DNA of 61,188 bases, counting the filler, from Nemertoderma westbladi (taxonomy: Eukaryota > Animalia > Xenacoelomorpha): NCBI GenBank assembly GCA_032718475.1. It is 3 parts of 3 records of this genome, joined end to end, with 100 filler letters (N's around TTAATTAATTAA, not from the genome) between each part and the next. Parts side by side here need not be neighbours in the genome. Positions count along the whole stretch, not along the records: positions 1 to 26,153 come from JAUCBJ010003230.1; positions 26,254 to 49,398 come from JAUCBJ010008318.1; 1 more part is not named here. One strand, given 5' to 3'. This document shows, in pieces, positions 25,701 to 35,404 of this stretch (position 1 is the stretch's first letter; each line of letters begins with the position of its first letter). A program made the translations under genes and the position numbers. The notes under the pieces are model-generated. The model saw only the letters and a program-made list of their open reading frames with translations. It did not search any database and had not been told where the DNA came from.

Positions 25701-26099
25701 TATGTCCAGAACTCTGCGGCGCGCCTACTAACAGGCACAAAGAAACGAGAACATATTAAACCTGTGCTCAAATATCTCCACTGGTTGCCTGTATTGCGAC
25801 GCATTGACTTTAAGATTGTACTTATAGTATATAAGTGTATCAATGGCTACGCTCCGAGCTATTTAAAGAATTTGCTGACCCGGTACATTCCTCATCGTTC
25901 TCTGCGTTCAGGTGATGATGAACTAACTCTGGTTGCGCCTCGTTATCGGCTAGAAAGTTACGGGAGGCGGGCTTTCTCAGTTGCCGGGCCCCGTTTATGG
26001 AACGCTCTCCCTTATTCGGTCCGCAGTGCACACACCGTGGAATTGTTTAAGTCGCGGCTGAAAACACACTACTTTTCGTTAGAATACGTAATTAACTAA
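19701..26099 (+). CDS. LINE ORF2 (APE endonuclease + RT) with about 1090 aa of N-terminal repeat
   Basis: LNAQSV, AITESWL, VGDFNFH, TLDLV, SDHY; NFRPVS, LDLSAAFDTV, PQGSVLRP, YADD; C-terminal RRAFSVAGPRLWNALP..FKSRLKT. Confidence 0.9.
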   Translation: MHELLSVSARLRTVNMPSPVNPLVSVSSSGNRLVSVSAPVNPLVSVSAPVNPLVTVSAQVNPLVSVSAPVNPLVSVSAPVKPLVSVSAPVNPLVSVSAPVNPLVFVSAPVNPLVSVSAPFNPLVSVSAPVNPLVTVSAPVNPLVSVSAPVNPLVSVSAPVNPLVFVSAPVNPLVSVSAPVNLLVSVSAPVKPLVTVSAPVNPLVSVSARVNPLVYVSAPVNPLVSVSAPVNPLVSVSAPVKPLVFVSAPVNPLVSVSAPVNPLVSVSAQVNPLVSVSAPVNPLVFVSAQVNPLVSVSSSGNRLVSVSAPVNPQVSVSAPFNPLVFVSAPVNPLVSGSAPVNPLVFVSAPVNPLVTVSAPVNPLVFVSAPVNPLVSVSAPVNLLVSVSAPVNPLVTVSAPVNPLVSVSAPVNPLVYVSAPVNPLVSVSAPVNPLVSVSAPVKPLVFVSAPVNPLVSVSAPVNPMVSVSAPVNPLVTVSAPVNPLVSVSAPVNPLVYVSAPVNPLVSVSAQVNPLVSVSAPVNPLVFVSAQVNPLVSVSSSGNRLVSVSAPVNPQVSVSAPFNPLVFVSAPVNPLVSGSAPVNPLVFVSAPVNPLVTVSAPVNPLVFVSAPVNPLVSVSAPVNLLVSVSAPVNPLVTVSAPVNPLVSVSAPVNPLVYVSAPVNPLVSVSAPVNPLVSVSAPVKPLVFVSAPVNPLVSVSAPVNPLVSVSAPVKPLVTVSAPVNPLVSVSAPVKPLVTVSAPVNPLVSVSAQVNPLVSVSAPVNPLVFVSAQVNPLVSVSSSGNRLVSVSAPVNPQVSVSAPFNPLVFVSAPVNPLVSGSAPVNPLVFVSAPVNPLVTVSAPVNPLVFVSAPVNPLVSVSAPVNLLVSVSAPVNPLVTVSAPVNPLVSVSAPVNPLVYVSAPVNPLVSVSAPVNPLVSVSAPVKPLVFVSAPVNPLVSVSAPVNPLVSVSAPVKPLVFVSAPVNPLVSVSAPVNPLVSVSAPVKPLVTVSAPVNPLVSVSAPVKPLVTVSAPVNPLVSVSAPVNPLVSVSAPVNPLVSVSAPVNPLVSVSAPVNPLVSVSAPVNPLVSVSAPVNPLVSVSAPVNPLVSVSAPVNPLVSVSAPVNTLVSAAASETVSATVPPSAPVTKDLINICVLNAQSVNNKAAFIKDYMVDNKIDIMAITESWLKGTADDNKVVGEICPRGYTLRDEPRTRSRGGGVACIYRLCLKLKRCPCDLVYASFEYIEFTMTHSYTLTRIIIIYRTYPSRENGLTANLFFEQFADFMQHTITKPGVIAIVGDFNFHVDVSSDMDAIEFNNILSCFGLVQLVNGPTHRHGHTLDLVVTHNDESHMYKNVYARDIGLSDHYAVHFNLNLSKPVVTTESFTYRNIKNIKLDDFTNDLRNSLCCQPQYSNNIDDVVQLYNDTLTTIMDIHAPEKCKTVRTEIKAAWYSEDIAKEKRKRRRLERKYHKTRLTVDCIAFRTQCKVVSDAIVFAKESYYGDIIRNNSGNQKMLYSVINKLLYRKKNCLPERESDEELANVFGDYFDKKIEGIRRDILHPQQGSRPLIGPTVLTEVNAQSIGPVAHTETIPILVRPTLAGMATPTETKSHPIGLGDPAAFNTPTVTDQGFSSFREISTEETKELINNSKSKTSPRDPMPTSLVKLSINLLLPLITCIINMSLSMGTVPSLFKEAVLTPVLKKIKLDPEILKNFRPVSNLLYISKLIEKVVANQLIQYMNIHNLHEPMQSAYRHHHGTETALLSVNDSILRSIDSGSAVLVVLLDLSAAFDTVEHEKLLEILKSDIGITGNALKWFKSYLSDRKQQVRVGSHYSTYRDLKYGLPQGSVLRPLLFTIYTRSLSAVIKKHGLSYHLYADDTQIYISFKSVNIDSAVQVTEDCLNDIQKWMYTYMLKMNSEKTEVLLLQSRFGTSVDNPQIRIGNDVVGCSTDARNIGFTMDHYMTFSKQISLTVRSAFYHIRNLSKIRRCLAKHDLETLIHAFITSSLDNNNSLYYGLPDKYINKLQYVQNSAARLLTGTKKREHIKPVLKYLHWLPVLRRIDFKIVLIVYKCINGYAPSYLKNLLTRYIPHRSLRSGDDELTLVAPRYRLESYGRRAFSVAGPRLWNALPYSVRSAHTVELFKSRLKTHYFSLEYVIN
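19752..23000 (+). repeat. 30-bp tandem array (about 108 units) with 720-bp higher-order repeat
   Basis: Unit tgctccagttaacccgctggtctctgtgtc; the marker variant ttcttcgggtaaccgg recurs at 19781, 20591, 21311 and 22031. Confidence 0.97.
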
Positions 26100-26153
26100 T
26101 TGTGTACGCGTACCTGCGCCTTGATTTATTGCCCTTAAAAGGCGCGTTATAAA

Positions 26154-26252
26154 NNNNNNNNNNNNNNNNNNNNNNNNNNNNNNNNNNNNNNNNNNNNTTA
26201 ATTAATTAANNNNNNNNNNNNNNNNNNNNNNNNNNNNNNNNNNNNNNNNNNN
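26154..26252. other. Assembly gap with artificial linker
   Basis: N-run, ttaattaattaa, N-run; same construct at 49399-49498. Confidence 0.95.
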
Positions 26253-26420
26253 NGCGCTATTAAACAACAGATTCACAACAGAGAAATTGACACATTGTCA
26301 CTAGGGGCAACCGCCCATGGTTTCCAGTACCTCATCTGACCAACTGGTACCCCTTTCCACGAGTTGTCATTGCAATGTATTTGCAAATATTGTAGGGACT
26401 CTGCCGAGGATATATTATAC

Positions 26421-26826
26421 AGAATTTTGTGTATTTATTAAATAGAATAAATGGCTTGCAGCGAACAATAATTCTTGCAATCTTTGAACGCCTATTTCTC
26501 AGCTGTTTATCAATGAAATTCAGATATTGCTACATATTTGGAATCCTTTCAACGCAAGCTTTCTATTGATGTGAAAAAATTACGACTAAAGTGAAGAATG
26601 GCAATGATACAGTGGGTGCGATTTCGCAAAAGACACTTTTTTAAAACGCTTATAAATAAAATTTAAAGGCGAAATCGAAAATTCCGGCTTCATGGTAACA
26701 ACCACGTTGAGTTGAACTAGTTGTGTTTCAAATTTCAAACAATATGATAAAGATTTGTAGAAAAATTTGGGGGGGGGTCCGTGTCATCAGAAAATGACAC
26801 TATATTACGGGTCATAAAAATGGTGT
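26421..26826. mobile_element. Right arm of another copy of the 9137-14876 MITE family, with an empty CRE target site
   Basis: agaattttgtgtatttattaaatagaataaatggc... continues uninterrupted and matches 14486-14876. Confidence 0.9.
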
Positions 26827-27139
26827 AATAAAACACTTCAAACTTCGCGGTAATATTTAATACAGTAGGTCTAATAAATTCCAGTAGTATTTCAGCTAAT
26901 TTCAAAATGTAATCACTTAAATCTTTAAAAAATGGGAGGAATCCCAATGGTGAAAGTTTTTGTTCCATCGGTAATGACTAGAGGGTTAATTTTTTGAGTT
27001 ACATCAATAAAAAAAATAAAACTTAAAACCCTAAGGCTTTTACAGTTTGGAATCTAATCACATTAAAGTTTTTTTATATGATAGATCAAAGATGGGGCAA
27101 CATAAATATCAGGCTAAATTTTGCGAATATAATTCTGAA

Positions 27140-27153
27140 CCGCTAGGTGGCGC
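27140..27153 (+). promoter_or_regulatory. CTCF-like core motif
   Basis: ccgctaggtggcgc matches the CTCF core consensus, in an AT-rich background; binding untested. Confidence 0.35.
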
Positions 27154-27543
27154 TGCAAATTTTTGCTAATTTTTTAGGTTTGTTATAAATAGTATTAAAT
27201 TTTATTACCAAGAAATTTCAAAATGTTGTCTGATACTTTTATGCTTTTTTACACCCACAGAAATTTCCAGACTAATTACTCTAAAATTATAGAAGTAGTA
27301 GGGTTTTGAAGTTGACAATTTCATAAAAAAAATATTTGGAGATAAACGACCTTTCATTATAGTAATTTTAATAGGTCTCCCTAAATGGAAATTGTTATAA
27401 CTTGAAAACTAAAAGAGCTATTAAATAGCGGTTTTCAGATATGAAAACACCATTTAATCGTGCATTATAATAGATCATAAAAATAATTTCGACATATTTT
27501 TGACCAAAATTGTGTACCCCCCCCCCCCCCCCCCCCCCCCCCC

Positions 27544-28928
27544 AAGTATATGACATCCTTTGGGTCCGTGTGCAAAGTATATGACATCCTTTGGGTCCGT
27601 GTGCAAAGTATATGACATCCTTTGGGTCCGTGTGCAAAGTATATGACATCGTTTGGGTCCGTGTGCAAAGTATCTGGGATCCTTTGGTTCCGTGTTCAAA
27701 GTATCTGACATCCTTTGGGTCCGTGTTCAAAGAATTTGACATCCTTTGGGTCCGTGTGCAAAGTATCTGGGATCCTTTGGTTCCGTGTTCAAAGTATATG
27801 ACATCCTTTGGGTCCGTGTTCAAAGAATTTGACATCCTTTGGGTCCGTGTGCAAAGTGTATGACATCCTTTGGGTCCGTTTGCAAAGTATATGACATCCT
27901 TTGGGTCCGCGTGCACAGTATATGACATCCTTTGGGTCCGTGTGCAAAGTATCTGGGATCCTTTGGTTCCGTGTTCAAAGTATATGACATCCTTTGGGTC
28001 CGTGTTCAAAGAATTTGACATCCTTTGGGTCCGTGTGCAAAGTATATAACATCCTTTGGGTCCGTTTGCAAAGTATATGACATCCTTTGGGTCCGTGTGC
28101 ACAGTATATGACATCCTTTGGGTCCGTGTGCAAAGTATCTGGGATCCTTTGGTTCCGTGTTCAAAGTATATGACATCCTTTGGGTCCGTGTTCAAAGAAT
28201 TTGACATCCTTTGGGTCCGTTTGCAAAGTATATGACATCCTTTGGGTCCGTGTGCAAAGTATATGACATCCTTTGGGTCCGTGTGCACAGTATATGATAT
28301 CCTTTGGGTCCGTGTGCAAAGTATCTGGGATCCTTTGGTTCCGTGTTCAAAGTATATGACATCCTTTGGGTCCGTGTTCAAAGAATTTGACATCCTTTGG
28401 GTCCATTTGCAAAGTATATGACATCCTTTGGGTCCGTGTGCACAGTATATGACATCCTTTGGTTCCGTGTGCAAAGTATCTGGGATCCTTTGGTTCCGTG
28501 TTCAAAGTATATGACATCCTTTGGGTCCGTGTGCACAGTATATGGCATCCTTTGGGTCCGTGTGCAAAGTATCTGGGATCCTTTGGTTCCGTGTTCAAAG
28601 TATCTGACATCCTTTGGTTCCGTGTTCAAAGTATATGACATCCTTTGGGTCCGTGTTCAAAGAATTTGACATCCTTTGGGTCCGTTTGCAAAGTATATGA
28701 CATCCTTTGGGTCCGTGTGCACAGTATATGACATCCTTTGGGTCCGTGTGCAAAGTATCTGGGATCCTTTGGTTCCGTGTTCAAAGTATATGACATCCTT
28801 TGGGTCCGTGTTCAAAGAATTTGACATCCTTTGGGTCCGTTTGCAAAGTATATGACATCCTTTGGGTCCGTGTGCACAGTATATGACATCCTTTGGGTCC
28901 GTGTGCAAAGTATCTGGGATCCTTTGGT
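27544..28928. repeat. 31-bp minisatellite, block 1 (about 45 units)
   Basis: Unit aaagtatatgacatcctttgggtccgtgtgc with recurring variants. Confidence 0.95.
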
Positions 28929-28949
28929 TACTATTTTTGATTTACACCG

Positions 28950-29715
28950 GTTTTTTGGTGTTAGCAATTGGATAGAATTCATATAAATCGATTTAGAAAT
29001 TTCAAACTTGTTTTTTTCGGTGGGTGCCAAATTTTGGTGCCAGCACCAAATTTTGAAATATGTCAATTTTGTAAATTGATTGTTTGAAACTTGTTTTTTA
29101 CGAAATTTGGGTTTTTTCGGGTTCTGGTTTCGATGGAATATATACGAGTTGCACCAAGCGTTTCAAACTTGTATTTTTCGGTGCTGTGTGCAAATTTTGG
29201 TGCAAGCACGAAATTTTGAAAATCCATTCAATAGATAAAATTGCTTTTGACAATTTATTTCTTGATTTTTAGAGGTTTATAGCTGTTCTGAATTCAATGG
29301 AATATATAATTATCGAACTAGACATCTCAAACTTGTATTTTTCGGAAGTGGGTGCAAAATGTGGTGCTAGCACCAAATTTTGAAAATCATCAAATATATC
29401 AATTGATTGTGTCACCTTGTTTCTTGCGTTATACGGGTTTGTGAGGGTTCTGAATTTCAATGGAACCAGTAAAAATTGCGTCTGAGTTTTCAAACGAGTA
29501 TTTATCGCCGGTGGGTGAAAATTGTTGTGCCAGCACCAAATTGTTGGAAAATAAGCAAATTGATCAGTAGATAGCATCATCTTGTTTCTTGCGTTTTACG
29601 GGTTTATGGGGGTCCTGAATCCGATGGAATCAATCAAAACAGCACTGGATGTCATCTGAAACTTGTACTTTTTGGTGATGGGTGCGAAATTTGGTGCTAG
29701 CACCAAAATTTGCCA
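28950..29715. repeat. Degenerate ~164-bp tandem repeat (about 5 units), each with a palindrome like tttggtgctagcaccaaa
   Basis: Core recurs near 29021, 29186, 29349, 29512 and 29679. Confidence 0.75.
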
Positions 29716-30248
29716 TATTACGCCGGAAAGTACGACGTAGCAATGATCTGGCATATTAGATAATCTATTCCATTAGAATCAGCGCCCCGGAAAACCTGAA
29801 AATGTGAATTTATACCATCGTATAAGTGAATTAAAAATTTTGTGTTCTAACTGAAAAGTGCTGGTTACTTGTTTTTTTCATTTTTTCCTACGCAGAGAGG
29901 ACTAAACAGCCATTTATAGTAATCATATCATTTTTAAATATTTTCCAATGTATTTTGCGCCCCAGAAAACCTGTATTGAAAAACAATTAGCCGAAAATGT
30001 AACTTTCAAATTTTGTGAAAATTGTGCACTACTTGTAATTTTGGTGCTGCAATATAACCACCCCAGTACATTTTTTCGAAAATTTTTTTTTTCGGTCGGA
30101 TTCAGACTAGTGATACCTACGTACAAACAAAAAATCAGACGTTTTCGTTAAAATTTGTAGATTTTAGAGGGGGGGGGTGAATATGACCCCCCCCCCCCCC
30201 CCCCGGTATTTGTACAACATTTTATAGCCCGGTACTAATAGGGTTAAG

Positions 30249-31521
30249 ACTAATTATCGCCCTATTTCTTTACTGCCGGTATTGAGCAAAGTGTTTGAAC
30301 GCATAATATATGTCCAGCTGGCCTCTTACTTGGATAAATATTTAATATTAAATAGCTGTCAATTCGGATTTAGGAAAAAATATACTACATCATATGCTAT
30401 TTTAGACATAGCAGAAAAATTACGCGATTTTTTAGATAAAAAAATGTCGTCCTGCGCCATATTTATTGATCTTAAAAAAGCGTTTGATACGCTGGATCAC
30501 GGTATTCTCGTAAATAAACTGAACAGCTATGGTATCAGGGGGGCCCCCCTGCAGCTATTTTCCGATTATCTCTCCAACCGATCCCAATTTGTTACAATAG
30601 ACAGATGCAACTCGACCCTCCCTCCCAATTATCTGCGGCGTCCCACAAGGTTCGATCCTTGGGCCGATCTTATTCCTCATATACATTAATGATCTTCCAA
30701 ACGCATCAAATTTCATGACAACCCTTTTCGCGGATGATACAAGTCTCTTAAAATCCATAAAAAATTTACCAACACTTATTAACTCTGTAAATCATGACAT
30801 TATTGATATTATTGAATGGCTGGATGATAATAAATTATCACTGAACCTAAAAAAAACTGAATATACCTTGTTCACAAACTCATCCCTGTCCCAGGAGGCT
30901 CTGCCAAAAGTGAAAATTAAAAATTCTGTAATAGAAAAAGTATCATATACAAAGTATTTGGGAGTTTTAATTGACAGTAAACTAAATTTTAAAGAACATA
31001 TATCTTATATATTGAGAAAGGTTTCTAAATCTTCAGGAATATTTTACAGGCTTCGCCACATTTTTCCGCCACACATCCTACGAATGCTATTTTTCGCACT
31101 TATATATCCATATATCCAGTACGCCATTATTGTCTGGGGTAGTACTTCTCCGTCGTTACTGAAACCTCTAAGAGTCAAAGTAAACAAAGTACTTAGAGTT
31201 ATCACCTTCAGCCATTGGCAGACCTCATCTCTTCCTATTTATCAACAACTCCATATACTCCCATTAGAACAATTATACAAATATCAGGTGTACAATATAA
31301 TGTTTGATATAAATAACAACATTTCATCCCCACTGGCTCCCCTATTTCATAGAGCTTCTTCAATCCATTCTTATAATACTCGCTTTTCAGCATCTGGATT
31401 ATTTCACCCTCCAAATATTCGACTAAGAGTTGCGGAACAATCTCTATCCTTCGAAGGGCCCCGATTATGGAACTCTTTACCCAATTCATATAGGGTAATT
31501 AAAAGTAAACCTATATTCTAA
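30249..31521 (+). pseudogene. LINE RT C-terminal half (frameshift near 30620)
   Basis: NYRPISLLP, QFGFR, IDLKKAFDT, GVPQGSILGP (shifted frame), LFADDT, KYLGV, GPRLWNSLP. Confidence 0.9.
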
Positions 31522-31627
31522 AAAAATATAAAAAATGGTCTTTTATTTAATCCTAATCAGTTCCAGGATTAAATATCATATATATATATTAATACATATA
31601 TATCTCTAGAATCTAAACCTTTTGAGA

Positions 31628-33241
31628 ACCCGGGCGCACCCGGGCACGTTGTCTCGCTCACTCATTGTGGGCCTTCATTAAATCTACCCGGGCGCGGGGT
31701 CACGCTCACTCCCTGTGGGCCTTTATTAAATCTACCCGGGCGCGGGGTCACGCTCACTCTTAGTGGGCCTTTACTAAATCTACCCAGGCATGGGGTCACG
31801 CACACTCCATCTGGGCCTTTATTAAATCTACCCGGGCGCGGGGTCACGCTCACTTTTTGTGGGCTTTATAAAATGTACCCGGGCGCGGGGTCACGCTCAC
31901 TCTTAGTGGGCCTTTATTAAATCTACCCGGGCACGGGGTCACGCTCACTCTTAGTGGGCCTTTATTAAATCTACCCGGGCGCGGGATCACGCTCACTCTT
32001 AGTGGGCCTTTATTAAATCTACCCGGGCGCGGGGTCACGCTCACTCTTAGTGGGCCTTTATTAAATCTACCCGGGCGCGGGGTCACGCACACTCTTAGTG
32101 GGCCTTTATTAAATCTACGCGGGCGCGGGGTCACGCTCACTCTTAGTGGGCCTTTATTAAATCTACCCGGGCGCGGGGTCACGCACACTCTCTGTGGGCC
32201 TTTATTAAATCTACCCAGGCGCGGGGTCACGCTCATTCTTAGTGGGCCTTTATTAAATCTACCCGGGCGCGGGGTCACGCTCATTCTCAGTGGGCCTTTA
32301 TTAAATCTACCCGGGCGCGGGGTCACGCTCACTCTTAGTGGGCCTTTATTAAATCTACCCGGGCACGGGGTCACGCTCACTCTTAGTGGGCCTTTATTAA
32401 ATCTACCCGGGCGCGGGATCACGCTCACTCTTAGTGGGCCTTTATTAAATCTACCCGGGCGCGGGGTCACGCTCACTCTTAGTGGGCCTTTATTAAATCT
32501 ACCCGGGCGCGGGGTCACGCACACTCTTAGTGGGCCTTTATTAAATCTACGCGGGCGCGGGGTCACGCTCACTCTTAGTGGGCCTTTATTAAATCTACCC
32601 GGGCGCGGGGTCACGCACACTCTCTGTGGGCCTTTATTAAATCTACCCAGGCGCGGGGTCACGCTCATTCTTAGTGGGCCTTTATTAAATCTACCCGGGC
32701 GCGGGGTCACGCTCATTCTCAGTGGGCCTTTATTAAATCTACCCGGGCGCGGGGTCACGCTCACTCTTAGTGGGCCTTTATTAAATCTACCCGGGCGCGG
32801 GGTCACGCTCACTCTTAGTGGGCCTTTATTAAATCTACCCGGGTGCGGGGTCACGCTCACTCTTAGTGGGCCTTTATTAAATCTACCCGGGCGTGGGGTG
32901 ACGCTCACTCTTAGTGGGCCTTTATTAAATCTACCCGGGCGCGGGCTCACGCTCACTCTTAGTGGGCCTTTATAAAATCTACCCGGGCGTGGGGTCACGC
33001 TCACTCTTAGTGGGCCTTTATTAAAACTACCCCGGGCGCGGGGTCACGCACACTCTTAGTGGGCCTTTATTAAATCTACCCGGGCGCGGGGTCACGCTCA
33101 CTCTTAGTGGGCCTTTATTAAATCTACCCGGGCGTGGTCTCACGCTCACTCTTAGTGGGCCTTTATTAAATCTACCCGGGCGTGGGGTCACGCTCACTCT
33201 TAGTGGGCCTTTATTAAAACTACCCCGGGCGCGGGGTCACA
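31628..33241. repeat. 48-bp minisatellite (about 33 units) with a 432-bp higher-order duplication
   Basis: Unit cactcttagtgggcctttattaaatctacccgggcgcggggtcacgct; variant series repeats at +432. Confidence 0.95.
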
Positions 33242-33826
33242 CTTCGAAGCAGTCATCATCAACATCACTGACTAGTCAAATGTCTAGTAAGATATTATCC
33301 CCCAGTAAACCCATAAAAATACATTATAGTAATAAAAAATACCTAATATAAATAAAATTTATAAAACACAAATAAATAACAATATAAATTTATGTATAGA
33401 TAATTAATTAATATATCAGATAATGCCAAAAATCGCAGTCGACCGCATTTGCTTTTTACTCATTCGGCACTTCTAACTCTACCCTATCCTATCCTATCTT
33501 ACTCTATCCTACCCTATCATATCATGTCCTACTCTATCCACCTAACCTACCCAGCCTATCCTAACCCTATCCTATCTAACCCTATTATAATCTAACTATA
33601 TCCTTCCTTCCATTCCCTTCCTCTGAAATATCCATCCACCCTCCCTGGTGGGCAGCCGTCCACTAGCAATGCTACTAGGTTGCCCTCCTTTACCTATATA
33701 TATATATTATATTTATATATATACTGATATATATTACAATAATTTATATTACAATAATTATGTGTGCCTTAATTATTATGTATATGTTTATATAGGTAAA
33801 AATAAATAAATCAATCAATCAATCAA

Positions 33827-34690
33827 TTTGGGTCTGTGTGCAAAGTATCTGCCAACATTTGGGTCCGTGTGCAAAGTATCTGACATCGTTTGGGTCGTGT
33901 GCAAAGTATATGACATCCTTTGGGTCCGATCCGAGTGCAAAGTATCTGACATCCTTTGGGTCCGTGTGCAAAGTATCTGACATCCTTTGGGTCCGTATTC
34001 AAAGTATCTGCCAACATCTGGGTCCGTGTGCAAAGTATCTGCCAACAATTGGGTCCGTGTGCAAAGTATCTGACATCCTTTTGATCCGTGTGCAAAGTAT
34101 ATGACATCCTTTGGATCCGTTTGCAAAGTATCTGACATCTTTTGGGTCCGTGTGCAAAGTATCTGCCAACATTTGGGTCCGTGTGCAAAGTATCTGACAT
34201 TTTTTGGGTCCGTGTGCAAAGTATATGACATCCTTTGGGTCCGTGTGCAAAGTATCTGAGATCCTTTGGAACCGTGTTCAAAGTATCTGACATCTCTTGG
34301 GTCCGTGTTCAAAGAATCTGACATCCTTTGGGTCCGTCCGTGTGCAAAGTATCTGACATCGTTTGGGCCCGTGTGCAAAGTATCTGACATCCTTTGGGTC
34401 CGTGTGCAAAGTATCTGCCAACATTTGGGTCCGTGTGCAAAGTATCTGACATCTTTTGGGTCCGTTTGCAAAGTATATGACAACCTTTGGGTCCATGTGC
34501 AAAGTATCTGCCAACATTTGGGTCCGTGTGCAAAGTATCTGACATCTTTTGGATCCGTGTGCAAAGTATATGACATCCTTTGGGTCCGTGTACAAAGTAT
34601 CTACCAACATTTGGGTCCGTGTGCAAAGTATCTGACATCTTTTGGGTCCGTGTGCAAAGTATATGACATCCTTTGGGTCCGTGTGCAAAC
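33827..34690. repeat. 31-bp minisatellite, block 2
   Basis: Same unit family as 27544-28928 with block-specific variant tctgccaacatttggg. Confidence 0.95.
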
Positions 34691-35035
34691 ATATTATTAC
34701 CATCATTAACATTAGTAGGTGAATAGGGCAGGGTAGATGGTTTACAAATTAACCAATAAGAAATCACCAGGGAAAAGTTAGTCAGAATAAATCAGCTGAT
34801 CCAAATTTATCCAAAAAATGAGGTTTTGGCTCTTTGTGGCTCAGTGCTTTCCTTATATTTGCATAATTTTTCACAGAATTAACTTTGATAGCATTAATTT
34901 ATCACTCTGCAACATCTCCTGAGTCGGAGTGCGTTGGTGCCTCATTGCTTCATAGTGTAATGGTTGTTTTTTGGGTCCGTGTGGGTCTTTGTGCTGTGCA
35001 TTTTAGCACTGCTATCGCTATGAGATGTTGGGGGG

Positions 35036-35337
35036 TAGTATAGTTTGGTTATAATACGTAGTTTATTGTTTTAATCTTAAACATTATTTTTATCTCAACA
35101 AAATGACAAATATATTATACGATGTTAAACGTGACACCACCACCAGATAACTCATAATATAATAATTACTGTTTGACCTGATGGTCCATATGAAACGAAT
35201 CATTAGGAAGAGTTGGCAATATCCCAGTGATAGTGGGACTAATGAGGGGTGGGGATTATTGCGGTTATTATGTAATTAATAGGGCCTACATTGTACAAGT
35301 ACATTATATGTTATATGAGTTAGTTGATACTATACCA
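35036..35337 (-). repeat. 3' LTR
   Basis: Identical by eye to 40153-40454; termini TGGTATAGT...ACTATACTA. Confidence 0.95.
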
Positions 35338-35404
35338 TGCCCCCCTTTACCCCAACAATGAGTTTAGTTTAGAGAAATAGTCAGTCAATTCAATGAGTCT
35401 CAAT

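Larger units (their letters stand above)
19380..26153 (+). mobile_element. 5'-truncated L2-clade LINE
   Basis: ORF1 tail plus APE-RT ORF2; 3' stem-loop gcgcctt...aaggcgc followed by gttataaa, typical of L2; tail lost in the gap. Confidence 0.85.
30249..33826 (+). mobile_element. 5'-truncated CR1/L2-group LINE with a satellite in its presumed 3' UTR
   Basis: RT from NYRPISLLP to stop at 31521; tail aataaataaa(tcaa)n at 33800-33826; 5' side cut at a piggyBac-like end AGGG|TTAA (30241-30248); continuity across the array is inferred. Confidence 0.65.

Noticed and set aside
26154-26252. ttaattaattaa palindrome between N-runs (also 49399-49498)
   Set aside because: Identical construct in both gaps; a scaffolding linker, not biology
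18709-31521. The 18709-19190 (-) and 30249-31521 (+) RT fragments as halves of one inverted LINE
   Set aside because: Both include NYRPIS but with different codons (aattatagacccatatcc versus aattatcgccctatttct), so they are different elements
27395-34767. Repetitive ORFs over the 31-bp and 48-bp arrays (and the 45-bp array at 5126-6089)
   Set aside because: Translations of minisatellites with no domain content or gene structure
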